Shown here: positions 12,858-25,935 of the stretch, one piece after another
Layout: the number at the start of each line of letters is the position of its first letter
Position numbering within the stretch: the first letter of the stretch is position 1
Assembly: GCF_006345805.1 (NCBI RefSeq)
Contig: NC_043000.1
Location: 118,730,001-118,794,000 of the forward strand
Direction: 5' to 3'
Length of the DNA stretch: 64,000 nucleotides
Origin: Octopus sinensis
Taxonomy: Eukaryota
Position numbers and translations under genes: made by a program
The notes under the pieces: model-generated
Told to the model about the DNA's origin: nothing
The model's database searches: none
The model's input: only the letters and a program-made list of their open reading frames with translations

Positions 12858-13399
12858 GGTACTAATAGATTAAATAAATGATTACAAAAGAAAAATATTT
12901 CACTTATGTGTCCAAGTATAACTGAAAATTAAATTAAATATTCCATTATGATTTTGCTGTGTCTTAAGAGGGTCATTAAATCAAAATAAACACACACACA
13001 CCTGTTCTATTTCTTTACTTTCATCTGTCAACTATGTAACGAGTTAACTGATTGTTTGATTAATTATTTATTCAGTCAATTAATAAGCTAGTTTGTCAAA
13101 GTACTTTCATCACCATTTACAATCTCATCAATGACTCACCCTCTGTACTTCAGGTGTGTCACAACTCATTATAACAGAATCTGTTTCAATACAGGTGTTC
13201 CCATCAAGAATCTTGCAAACCAAATACAAACACAAAATATTCCATTATCATTGTAGTTCAACCCTTCAGCATTCAGATTACTCTGTCAAACATACTGCTT
13301 GTTTATTCTCATTCTTTGGAATCAATTATACATTATCTCATAAGCTTCAAGATCTTGATAATGTGATTGTCTCTCTTTATAGTGATAGTGTAGGGAAGG

Positions 13400-14200
13400 T
13401 GTGAGAAGCTAGATATGGTCAGTTTGGACACAAAACCGGTAGAATATTTGGGCCAGATATAGCTGGTTTAAATGCTAAGTCCACAAAAAATTTATTAAAT
13501 GAGGTAACTTCTCCAGAAAATCATTTAAATATACAAGTTTAACTTAATTTTTACAACACACAAAAATGGCCTTCTCTGAACTCCTTGGTTATTTTCAGCA
13601 GTGTATTATAAAATCATTTAAGAACCTATCTGATGAAATACACTATCTTTTCTCTTTGTTTTCATTTATTAATATTACCTTAGATATTTGGCCTAGCTTC
13701 TCAGCTACTTGGTTCAAAAGTTTCTGGGGTGCCGGTGTTTCTCCTTTCTCTACCTACTGTCTTTGGTGCTTCACATTTTTATAGAGAACCCATTTCTCAT
13801 CACCAGTCACTATTTAGTCCAGAAAGGGTTTATTCGTGAGATGTGACAGCAAAGTAGAGCACATATTCACTCTTTGCATGTGATTAGACTCGGGAAGTTT
13901 GTGAGGAATCTGACTTTTTCAATAACCAAATCCAAGCTTCTCTGTTAGTTCCTCAACAGTTACGATGGGATTTTGCTCCACCAGAGTTTGCAGGACATCC
14001 TTGTCGAGCTTACAGATCTTCTAGGCTTCTAGTTTCTGGAACCACCGTTGACATTGGCTGATGCTTATTGTCCAATCACCATATACTGCATTAATATTCC
14101 TCACGCTGTCACTGCATTGTTGCCTTTATTGAACTCGTGAAGCAAAATATGCCGAATATGCTCCTTTGTCACTTCCATTATAGCTCTGAAAAAATAACTC
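13400..14200 (-). mobile_element. Degenerate Mos1-type mariner transposase relic
   Basis: Minus strand starts MEVTKEHIRHILLHEFNKGNNA and continues through frameshifted HTH and catalytic fragments (VTGDEKWVLY-like). Confidence 0.75.
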
Positions 14201-14728
14201 TTAAAATCAAACTGCATTCTTCAAAACTTGCACTAAGAATAAGTACTAAGTAAAATTACTACCTGCTCTTATTGCAAGTTGACTTTTATTTCACGCAATT
14301 GACAAAACCACAATATTTATGAGATGACCCAATAGAATGTAATTTATGGGAGATTTGATTATTATTTGTAGCTTGTTAAGTAAGTTCACACAAGCTCCTT
14401 TGTTTACTCATCTTAACAGCCATATGTTTGGAATGTCACACTAGCCCTGTCCATTTGACAAGCTACCTGTATATAACCATAGTTTTTAGTTCAGAAAAGT
14501 TGGCTAGAGTTATTCAACAATAATCTGATTTAGAAAATAAATGTGAAAATTATTTTCATAGAAAAAGGCAAAGGAGTGGCTGTGTGGTAAGTAGCTTGCT
14601 TGCGAACCACATGGTTTCAGGTTCAGTCCCACACCATGGCACCTTGAGCAAGTGTCTATTACTATAGCTTTGGGCTGACCAAAGCCTTGTGAGTGGATTT
14701 GGTAAAGGGAAACTGAAAGAAGACCATC

Positions 14729-14760
<32 letters not shown>

Positions 14761-15375
14761 GTTTAAATATTTGTTGTGCAAGATTTTTTATGTGAAGTCG
14801 TGTGTTGAAACAGATATTGTTATATTTCATTAGACAAATTACAGAAGCTACACACATAATAGAAAATAAACCTAGCCTGAATAGAAAACTAGAATGGAGC
14901 ACTAACACACACCACAACATATGACGATAGAGGATCCTGAAAACATAATAAATACACAGATAAATAAATAAACTAATAGAAATAAATAACTATATATATA
15001 TATATATTTTTCGATTCAATTTATTCTTATTATTACTAGTATTGTTGTTATACATACATACATACATACATACATACATACATACAAGCATATGTAATGA
15101 TAATAATGGGTGGATGTAAACACATGAACAAAATAAGAATAAACAAAAACAACAAAAACAAAATACAAATTACATGAACATATAAAATTACAAATTACAT
15201 GAACATATATAAACAGAAGATACAAATATTACAGGCATCCCCCACAAACACACACTAAATAAACATAAACGCACATAGAGATATAAGCATGTACAAATGA
15301 AGACATACAATAGAAATACAAAATGGCTGACGGTTAGTAAGGAGAGTCAGATATAAGGAAGAAGAAAACAAAGGA

Positions 15376-15415
15376 CCACTGATGTGGTCACAGGAGTGTG
15401 ACGAAAGAACTCTGG
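15376..15415 (+). ncRNA. Degenerate hammerhead motif in a Penelope-derived repeat
   Basis: cca-CTGATGT-g-GTCACA(ggag)TGTGAC-GAAAGAACTC-tgg. Same family as 56617-56656, but with A9 and stem III mutated. Confidence 0.5.
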
Positions 15416-15529
15416 CCGAAATAAGATTAAGATTAATGTAAAAAATAAATAACACTGAAGCAAAGTAACACCAAATATATAGTGTTTTTATTGGCTAAAC
15501 TGGCAAAATGATCATTCCGAAATATAACA

Positions 15530-15588
<59 letters not shown>

Positions 15589-16131
15589 ATATGTTGTGTG
15601 TCTGTGTTTGTCCCCCAACATCACTTGACCAAAGCCTTGTGAGTGGATTTGGAAGACGGAAACTGAAAGAAGCCTGTCATATATATGTATATATATGTGT
15701 GTGTTTGTGTTTGTCTCCGCCCCCCCACCACCACCACCACCACCAACATCGCTTGAACACTGATGCTGGTGTGCAAAAGAGACCGATAGAATAAGTACTA
15801 GGTTTACAAAGAATAAGTCCTGGGGTTGATTTGCTTGACTAAAAGCAGTGCTCCAGCACAGCCACAGTCAAATGACTGAAACAAGTAAAAGAGTAAAACA
15901 GAGTAAAGAGAGAATTTGAACTAAAAACAATCTGATGATTACTCTTTTACTTGTTTCAGTCATTTGACTGCAGCCATGCTGGAGCACCACCTTTAGTCAA
16001 GCAAATTGACCCCAGGACTTATTGTTTCTAAGACTAGTGCTTATTCTATTGGTCTCTTTGGCCGAACCGCTAAGTTATGGGGACTTAAACACAACATCGG
16101 TTGTCAAGCGATGTTGGGGGAGGGGGGACAA

Positions 16132-16162
<31 letters not shown>

Positions 16163-16535
16163 CATATGTACAATAGGCTTCATTCAGTTTCTGTCTACCA
16201 AATCCACTCACAAGGCTTTGGTCGGCCCGAGGCTATAGTAGAAGACACTTGCCCAAGGTGCTTACCACACAGCCACTCCTGCACTTATTAGTAGAATTTA
16301 CTTTTTTTATTCTTTTATTTGTTTCAGTCACGTGACTGCAGCCATGCTGGAGCACTACCTTTAGTCAAACAAATCGACCCCAGGACTTATTCTTTGTAAG
16401 CCTAGTACTTATTCTAACAATCTCTTTTGCCGAACTGTTAAGTTATGGGGATGTAAACACACTAACATCAATTATCAAGCAATGATGAGGGGACAAACAC
16501 AGACACCCTAACATATACACACACACACATATATA

Positions 16536-17808
16536 CAGGGGTTGGACAAAATAATGGAAACACCTTAAAATTTCAAACAAATTTATTTTAATATGTGGTA
16601 GGACTGCCTTTAGCAGTAATTACAGCTTGAGTTCTATGAGGTATGGACTTGTACAAAGTTTGAATTGTTTCCAAAGGAATTTTTGTCCATTCTTCAGCTA
16701 AAAGTCTCCAGTTCATGTAGTGATGATGGTGGAGGATATCGACTCATCACTTGTGTTTCTAAAATGCACCATAAATGTTCAATGATATTGAGATCTGGGA
16801 AGTGTGGTGGCCAGATAAGATGTTTAACTTCACTAGAATGTTCCTCGTGCCATTCAGTAACAAATTTAGCTGTGTGAATTGGTGCATTATCATACTGAAA
16901 AATTGCATTTCCCTCCGGAAACAGTTCCACAACCATAGGATGAATTTAAATCAGACAGAATGCTTAAATAGCCTTGACTATTAATTCTGCCATGAAGGGA
17001 AACCATTGGGCCAGCAGATTTCCAAGATATACCCCACCAGATCATCACAGATCCTCCTCCATGTTTAACAGTTGGAAGAAGGCAGTCTGGGTCAAATGGA
17101 TCTTTTGGCTGTCTCCACGCGTATATTTGGCCGGTGGTCAGAAATAGGGTAAAGGATGACTTGTCCAAGAAAATATCATTCTTCTACTGCTCTAGGGACC
17201 AATTCTGTAGGTTTTTACTCCATTCTAAATGCTTTGCAACGTTTGTTTTTGAAAGTAGTGGTTTTCTGATTGCAGCCTTCCCATGAAATCCAGCTTTGTG
17301 CAGCTCCCAGCGAACAGTTTTTATGGGAACTGAGTTCTCAAGGTGGTCATTAAACTCTGCAGTAATTTTGGGAGCTGTACTTTCGTGATCCTTTCTAACA
17401 ATTCACGTAAGAGTCCGACGGTCCCTCTCTGAAAGTGTTGGTTTTCTTCTGGAGTTCTGTTTCAACAAGGAGGTTTTTCCCTCTTTCTCAAAGGCTGTTA
17501 TTACTTTCGAGACAGTACTTCTTGATACACCATACATTTCGGCTGTTTTCTTTACGCTAGCACTTGCCATACAAGGAACAACAATTTGACCTCATTGAAA
17601 GTCTGATAGATCTGTCATTTTAATGAATTTTAATTACCTTTTTCTGATAATATCTGAAAACAAACAGCAATTTTAACAAACCATATTAAGCAACTCTAAT
17701 AATAAATAAAAAAAACATAAAAATAAACAAGCTTTTGATGGTTTCATAGATATTTCAAAATTATGATGCTATCATGCTAGGTGTTTCCATTATTTTGTCC
17801 AACTACTA
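16536..17808 (-). mobile_element. Tc1-like (DD34E) transposon with TIRs and a decayed transposase
   Basis: TIR GTTGGACAAAATAATGGAAACACCT at both ends, flanked by TA. Fragments read CLLPTVKHGGGSVMIW and FQYDNAPIHTAK...WPPHFPDLNIIEHLW. An isolated N-terminal piece lies at about 19200-19375 (+). Confidence 0.88.
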
Positions 17809-20179
17809 TATATATGTAATGGGCTTCTTTCAGTTTCCATCTACCAAATCCACTCACAAGGCTTTGGTCACCCCGAAACTATAGTAGAAGGTGCCATGCA
17901 GTGGGACTGAACCTAAAACCATGTTGTTGGTAAGCAAGCTACTTACAACACAGCCACAGTTTAATAACATCAAGTATTTTCTTTTCAAAGTTCCTCTTTT
18001 CTCCTCTTTTAACATGAACAAGTTGTACGAAACATCGTGAGATACAATATGGAGGTGAAACAGAAGTATGGTGTAATAAAATACACTGGTAGCACTTCAA
18101 TTATAGCAAAATGTGTGACATTAACTACTTACAAACAAACAGGAAGGACTACCTTAATCTTTTCTAGTATCTTATATATTGGTTTCAAATTTTAGCACAA
18201 GGACATCTAGTTTAAGGGGTGGGGTTAGTTAATACATTGATCCTAATGCTTGACTGTTATTTTATTGACCCCCCCCCCACCCAGAATTGACCTCAGATTA
18301 TATTAAACACCACACAAGTGAAGTCATGAAATTGCGTTGTATAATGTTTAAGATGTTCATAATATTACCACAAGAACCAGAAATGAAATCAAAAACATGA
18401 TTTTCAAGTAGACTATTACAGGTCTCGTTCACAAATGTTTTTAAACAAACGAACATAAGGATAAATGTTTTCTTCAAACATTCATTTCATGTTTCAAAAA
18501 AATATTCAAAAGAAAAATCAGGCTCAGTTGACCAGCTGATCATCAGAAACAAGTGTGTGTGTGTGTTTGTGTAACTTTACCTTAACATCACAGGTTGGTT
18601 GTAAACAAGAATGTAGCTCATTTCCAGTCTTCTATAGAAAAATGGATGTCTGGCTACAAGGAAATATTATTTTGCTTGGAAACAGGTGAGGGCTAGTAAC
18701 AAGAAAGGTATCTGACCATAGAAAATCTGCTTCTACAAATTCTGTCAAGTATGGAAAAGTAGATGTTAAGCAATGATACTGATGATGATGTTAGGATGTA
18801 AAGCACCAATCTGGCAGAAACATTAGCACGCCGAGTGAAATGCTTAGCAGTATTTCATCTTTCTTTATGTTCTGAGTTCAAATTTCGCTGAGGTCAATTT
18901 TGCCTTTCATCCTTTCAGAGTTGATAAATTAAGTACCAGTTGCATACTGGGGCCGATCTAATTGACTGACTCCTCCCCAAAAATTTCGAGCCTTGTGTAT
19001 AGAGTTGAAAAGGATGATGTTAGGATGTTATAAGAAGGAAATTTGGCTGCTATTTCTTGTTGGTCTACAAAGAAATTCCTGCCTTATTGAAGGCTCTTCT
19101 CTCTAAGCAGGAACTATTTATATTAGTACAAGAAAGAATGTTGAACTTAAGAGGGGAAGAAATCATTCTGCATAGAAATGTGCAGATAATAGTGGCTGAA
19201 ATAGTGATGGCAGTTGATGAAAAGAAGAAGTATGGTGTATCAAGAAGTACTGTCTCGAAAGTAATGACAGCCTTTGAGAAAGAAGGAAAAACCACCTCAT
19301 TGAAACAGAACTCCAGAAGAAAACCAAAACTTTCAGATAGGGACTGTCGGACTCTTATGTGAATTGTTAGAAGAAAGTAGTTTCATACGTCCCTTAAGAA
19401 GATGTTCCAAATATAATATTGATACAAATGGATACAGATACGAGTGAAGAAGCTTCAGATCGTGAGATCAGTTCCGCGCTGTAAACATTGGGAAGAGAAT
19501 TTGGCAAGAAATGTATACAGGAGTGGCTGTGTGGTAAGTAGCTTGCTTACCATCAACGTGGTCCTGGGTTCAGTCCCACTGTGTGGCACCTTGGGCAAGT
19601 GTCTTCTACTATAGCCTCGGGCCAACCAAAGCCTTGTGAGTGGATTTGGTAGACGGAAAATGGAAGAAACCTGTCGTATATTATATATATATGTATATAT
19701 ATGTGTGTGTATATGTTTTTGTGTCTGTTTGTCCCTGTAACATAGCAATTCGGCAAAAGAGACCAATAGAATAAGTACAAGGATTACAAAAAATAGGCTC
19801 TGGGGTTGATTTGCTCAACTAAAGGTGGTGCTCCAGCATTGCCACAATCAAAGTCAGGAAGGGCATTCAGCTATAGAAACCATACCAAAGTAGACATTGG
19901 AGTTTGGCACAGTCTTTTAGCTCATCAGCTCCTGTCAATCCAACCAACCCATGCCAGCATGGAAAAATGAATGTTAAACAATTATGATGATGATCTACCA
20001 AATCTACTCACAAAGCTTTAGCCAGCCAGGACCGGGACTTTAGTAGAAGACACTTGCCCAAGATACAATACAATGGCACTGAACCCAAAATTCATGTAAT
20101 TGGAAGCTAACTTCTTAATTAAACAGTTATACAAAATAATGGCAAAGAATACTTTAAATTCACAAGAAATTACACAGAT

Positions 20180-20490
20180 GGCAATACTGTCGTTGTTTGT
20201 TCCTTCTCGAGCCAGGCCTCGCTCATAAGGGCCAGTTTCCTTGGTGTATAGGTTCCTCACCTGGACGGGACGCCGGTCCATCGCAGGTGAGCTGCAAGAT
20301 GCAGGAGGAAGAATGAGAGAAAGTTGTGGCGAAAGAGTCAGCAGAAGTTTGCCATTATCTTCTACCGGAGCCGCGTGGAGCTTAGGTGTTTCGCTCATAA
20401 ACACACACATCACCCGGTCTGAGATTCGAACCCGCGATCCCTCGACTGTGAGTCCGCTGCTCTAGCCACTAGGCCATGTGCCTCCACACA
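20180..20490 (-). mobile_element. tRNA-derived SINE family C
   Basis: Head TGGAGGCACATGGCCTAGTGGCTAGAGCAGCGGACTC...GGTTCGAATCTC. Related copies at 37455-37830(-) and 47995-48303(-), and a more distant plus-strand element at 57120-57450. Confidence 0.75.
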
Positions 20491-22189
20491 TGTCAATACT
20501 GGTTATGGACAAATTAACAGTATAAACAGTACCATGTTAGAAAAAATTCTAGTGAACCCACACTATCAGAATAAGGTTAGAACTTTAAGGAGAGGGTATG
20601 GGTTTGCCTCATTATACAGCTGCCAGAGAATTTTTTTAATATTCTGAAATGATGGACAGCAGCATTTAACTCTTTGCAGTGCATTTATTTCAATTAATTT
20701 TCAAAATAATGAAGAATTTAATAAAATAACTTAGTAATTATTGGTTTCAAATTTTGGCACAAGGCCAGCAACCCTATGGTTTTGGGTTCAGTCTCACACC
20801 ATGGTACCTATTACCTCAAGTCAACCAATGCCTTGTCAGAGGATTCGGTAGATGGAAACTGAAAGAAGTCTATCATATGTGTGTGTGTCCCACAACCATG
20901 TGTTTACATCCTCATAACTTAGCAGTTCAGTAAAGGGAACCAATAGAATAAGTACCAGGCTTGTAAAAAAAAATGTACTGGGGTCAATACATTCAATTAC
21001 AAATCCTTCAAGGTGGTGCTCCAGCATGGCAACAGTCAATTGACTCAGGCAATATCAAAATAACACCAGACAACATCAACACTTGTGTCATACACAAAAG
21101 GCTTCACTGTAAGTCTAACTAATTTATTAACGAGTAAAGCTTTATAATTCTTCTTAACATTAGCAGGACTGGATTCTTCACCTACCTTTAAGGACCAGAA
21201 TGCATCAATTGATGCAAAGATGTTTTTCTGCCAGTGTCGCCTGACTGGCTCCTGTGCTGGTGGCACATAAAATGTACCATTTGAGCATGGTCGTTGCCAG
21301 TGTCACTTGACTGGCCCCTGTGCCGGTGGGATGTCAAAAGTACCATTTGAGCGTCGTCATTTCCAGTGTCACTTGATGGCTCCCATGTCGGTGGCACATA
21401 AAATGCACCATTTGAGCATGGTCAATGCCAGTACCGCCTGACTGGCCCCTATGCTGGTGGCACATAAAAAACACCTACTACACTCTTGGAGTGGTTTGTG
21501 TTAGGAAGGGCATCCAGCTGTAGAAAACCTGCCAGATCAGATTGGAGCCTGGTACTGCCTTCTGGCTTGCCAGTCCTCAGTCAAGTTGTCCAACCCATAA
21601 CAGCATGAGAAGCGATGATGATGATGATGAAGGAGAAAAAGAAAAGGAGAAGTGGAAAACCTTTATTAAATGTATAACTCTATTGAATTTTATGGCTTCT
21701 CGATGATATTAGTCACAATTGTTTGATATTTTGAAAGAAATCTATCCTCACAAAATAAAAAGAAATTTATTGAAATTCTAAACATTCATACTCTCTTTTA
21801 GTCTTTTACTCATTTCAGTCATTTGACTACGGCCATGCTGGAGCACCGCATGTAGTCGAGCAAATCGACCCCAGGACTTATTCTTTGTAAGCCTAGAACT
21901 GATTCTATCGGCCTCTTTTGCCGAACCGCTAAGTTACGTGGACGTAAACACACCAACATCGGTTGTTAAGCGATGTTGGGGGGACAAACACAGACATACA
22001 CACACACATATATATATATATGTACATATAACAATGAGCTTCTTTCAGTTTCCGTCTACCAAATCCACTCACAAGGCTTTGGTCGGCCCGAGGCTATAAT
22101 AGAAGACACTTGCCCAAGGTGCCACGCAGTGGGACTGAACCCAGAATCATGTGGTTGGTAAACAAGCTTCGAACCACACAGCCACTCCT

Positions 22190-23800
22190 ACACCTATCAG
22201 AACATTTTAGCACACATTGCATACATAGATTCTTTTTTTTTTTACAGACTCCATACATTTCTGTGGTTCTGTTTCAGCATTTTGTTTTCACACACATACA
22301 TTTGACTTTAGTTCCAGAGGTAGAACTTTCTTCAAAAGGGTATTTGATAGTACATGAACAACCGCAAGGTGAATCACCACAAATTTCTTTTGCAACATTT
22401 TGAATATCTTCCCATCGACTAATGACTGAATTGCGCAGCTGTTTTAAGAGCAATATCCAAAATATTATAAAAAACATGCATTAGCCATTGTCTACTGCTT
22501 GCTTTGACTGAATAAAGTTTTGCGATTTGGTCAATCACATCATCTACGCCTACCTTATTCTTGTTATAAAAAAAAGTATGGTGTCAGGCATTTTTTCGAG
22601 GTTATTTTCAGAAGAATCTTCTACATGTTGATGCAAGGTACTCCAAACAACAACATACTTTGATTTTTAACACTGGTATGATATAAGTGAGACAGTGGGC
22701 TTTTCTGTGGATTTCAAAACCAGTTTCATGCACTGGTTCCACCTGTTCTACTGCTTCTGGCAATTCCCTTCTGTTGTCATGAACTGCTCTGGCCAAACTG
22801 CAGTTTTGTTTTGTGAGCTATGCAATTACTGAATATCTAAAACATTGTCACATGTATTTATAAACAAAAGCAGGTGCAAGTTTTCAAAAGTTGCCAATGC
22901 ATCCATTAATTGACGCACGTGATCCATATAGGAAGTGGTTTATTTTTTTTTTTTACAGTTGGTGCAAGCAACCTATAATTTATAGTGTCTAAAGATATCA
23001 TAAAACTATGAAAATTCAAGCACTATGATGTCAAAATCTACAATAGTTTTGGAACTGTGCGCAATTAAGATTTCAAAATTCATCAAATGACTCACTCGGT
23101 CCTTCTTGTGTTAATGAATTGATATATATGACAGACTTCTTTCAGTTTCCGTCTACCAAATCCACTCACAAGTCTTTGGTCAGCCGAAGGCTATAGCAAA
23201 AGACACTTGCCCAAAGTGCCAAGCAGTGGGACTGAACCTGGAACCACGTTATTGGGAAGCAAGCTTCTTACCACACAGCCATGCCTAAATCTCTCTTTAT
23301 ACAATTTGCCAGCTCAATCCATCACTAGTGTCTTCAAATTCTACAGTTTTTCTGTTTTGTTTTATTTAAAGAAAAGTATTATGATTCCAATTTACTGGCT
23401 GCAGTGAAGCATTATCAGTTTTGTAGAGAAAACAGCCAGCAAACTCTTCACAAAACCATCTCAATGCTGGCACCAGCAACCCTATGACAGGCTCTAACAA
23501 TTGTATGCCATGAGGAAGAAGAAAAGTCTTACATCAGAATATGTTACCAGAAATGGAATGGTTACTGATTGTTACAGAATAAATAAACTGGGATCCTGTA
23601 ACTCTTTTGAATATTTCATGTCTCCCTAAGAGCTCTGCCCAAGATTTTAGACCTCATCTTCTTACCATCATGCGATATATTCCACTATTGGTATCACCTG
23701 CCAGATTGCACAACAAGCTGGAATTACATTAGTCAAGGTTCAATTATCTAAAACATATCAGACTATTCTCAATTGCATTGAACAAAAATGCCTTTGAAAT
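22190..23800 (-). mobile_element. Degenerate piggyBac (PGBD-like) transposase relic, split by a SINE at 23128-23285
   Basis: Minus-strand fragments: TCDN..., VHDNRRELP, KYVVVWSTLH, MPDTIL-FYNKNKVG-VDQIAKLYSVKA, FYNILDIAL, and a Cys-rich tail (KCMCVKTKC...GVCKKK...MCAK). Confidence 0.75.
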
Positions 23801-25405
23801 TGGTTGCTAAATCCTCATTCATCAACACACTACAACCACTACCAGTGTAATACTCCAGCGTGTAGACACAGGAGCGGCTGTGTGGTAAAGTAGCTTGCTT
23901 CCCAAACACATGGTACTGGGTTCAGTCCCACTGTGTGGCACCTTGGGCAAGTATCTTCTACTGTAGCCTCGGACCGACCAAAGCCTTGTGAGTGGATTTG
24001 GTAGACGGAAACGGAAACTGTATATGTATATATATATATATATATATATAGGTATGTGTGTTTGTGTGTCTGTGTTTGTCACCCCAACATCGTTTGAAAA
24101 CCGATGCTGGTGTGTTTACATCTCCGTAACTTAGCAGTTCAGCAAAAGAGATCGATAGAATAAGTACTAGGCTTACAAAGAATATGTCCTAAAGGCGGTG
24201 CTCCAGCATGACTGCAGTCAAATGACTGAAACAAGTAAAAGAGTAAATACATACTCCCTCTGTGTCTTCTTTCAAATTTACCTGCTTCTCCTACAAAGTA
24301 TTTCATCCAAACTCTTACCTAGTACCATCTTAAGATACAGGCACACAGGGCAATTGCTAAGGGTTTCACAGACCTAGGGACACAATTCTGATCTATGTAT
24401 GCTGTAACTTAGTGTCAATCAATAACTACTATAGGTCAAGGTACCAGCAACTCGGGCAGTCGCCCAGGGTATCATGTGTTTTTTAGTCTACATTTTCTAT
24501 TTTGCTCCTTGTGAAAGTTTTTAAAAACTATACTTGTAAGGGTGCCGAAGTTCAACTAATCTAGCGCCAGCAACCCTAAGGCAGGCCCTAACAATAGGAC
24601 CCAGTGCATTGATTTGCCTGGGGATCTCACAGGCCTAGGAATCTGATTCTGGTCTATGTATGTTGTAGATTGCTGTCAATAAATAAATACTACATGGCCC
24701 AATGCATTAAATTTGACCAGAGGCACTGCTAAGACATCCCTAGAATGATTGCTCGCTAGAATTCTCTCTGCGTGTATGATTTGTCTGTAGACATCAACAG
24801 GTAGAAATTCAAGTTGAACATCAACTTGGAAGGACCTGCAATGGATATGGATACACTCCCATCCTTTGGAGGCTAATTTAAAACGAAGACAAAATTGGTT
24901 TGGTTTCTGGTTTCTTAATGAAAGTGAAAAGATTATTAAAAAGTGAGTTTCGAAATAAAAGACATCGAAGTTTGTTCTAATTGAATCAAATACATACTTT
25001 TGTTGACCACAAACAGATATCATGCCAGTAACAGTTAGAATAATGTGAATGGGTCAACGATATTTAAGATCGATTTCAAATTCCGCCGAGGTCGACTTTG
25101 CCTTTCATCATTTCGAGGTCGATAAATTAAGTACCAGTTACGCACTGAGCTCGATCTAATCGACTTAATCCCTTTGTCTGTCCTTGTTTGTCCTCTCTGT
25201 GTTTAGCCCCTTGTAGGTAGTAAAGAAATAGGTATTTAAGATCGATGTCAACATAACACGAATTAACAGATTGTAAGCTTGGGAAGATGTCATGCGATAA
25301 ACCGAACATCCCACGATAATGAAAGTTCAAAGCTTGTTTACGTAAGGGAGATAATGATTTCATACCAAAAAATGTCCAGTAAATAATTGCTTATAAAGTA
25401 CTTAC

Positions 25406-25676
25406 ATGGCAATATAATATCCCGGAGAGCTCTTACTTCGTCTGAAAATACCCAGTAACATCCTTTGTAGCTTTGGCCACTCATAGAGTCCGGTCTTTTA
25501 TAACCATCATAACATACTTCCCATAAACCTGCACTAATGAAATTTGGATCACCACCTTCATGTCGATCGATCCAGTGTGAACTAGAAAAACAAATCAGTT
25601 TGAACAGTCCTGCTAGAAAGGTCCCAGTAAGACCTGCGATGAAGAAGATCTTCGGGAAATTCCGCTCAGTGGGCAT
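25406..25676 (-). CDS. Claudin/PMP22-EMP superfamily first coding exon B (TM1 + ECL1)
   Basis: ATG at 25676. MPTERNFPKIFFIAGLTGTFLAGLFKLICFSSSHW...SAGLWEVC-17aa-CYWVFSDEVRALRDIILP. The coding part is 271 nt and ends T|GTAAGT (phase 1). An upstream acceptor TTTATTTATTTATCACAG at 25733-25750 implies a 5'UTR intron. Confidence 0.88.
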
Positions 25677-25862
25677 GGCAGTTCCAGTGTGGACGATAAG
25701 CGGAAGTTGATGTTAGACCTTATCCCCCGAAGCTGTGATAAATAAATAAAAATTGTGATGTGGGAACAGATGGAAAATTATTTCTGTGAATAAACAGCGC
25801 CTTTTTTTTTTTTTTCTTTTCAATATAACTCCCCCCTCGGCTTTTTTGTTACGAAGTGGTCG

Positions 25863-25935
25863 CTTACCACCTTTAGACTGTTCTACTTATTTTTTAATGT
25901 GGTTATCTACCTGCATTACCTGCGTGACGTCACCT
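25863..25935 (-). promoter_or_regulatory. Putative promoter and non-coding first exon for exon B
   Basis: Candidate donor GTAAGC at 25867, paired TACCTG at 25908 and 25917, and a palindromic GTGACGTCAC (CRE) at about 25924-25933. Confidence 0.45.

Noticed and set aside
14510-14920. Hydrophobic ORF (LGLFSIMCVASVICLM) as a possible TM exon
   Set aside because: It has the wrong splice phase, overlaps a repeat also present at about 56770, and runs into a TA tract and a SINE.
24676-24890. Phase-1-compatible acceptor and open frame about 500 bp downstream of exon B, considered as claudin exon 2
   Set aside because: The peptide (SKGWECIHIHCRSFQVDV...) has no TM2 or W-x-x-A-x-Q motif, and there is no clear donor.
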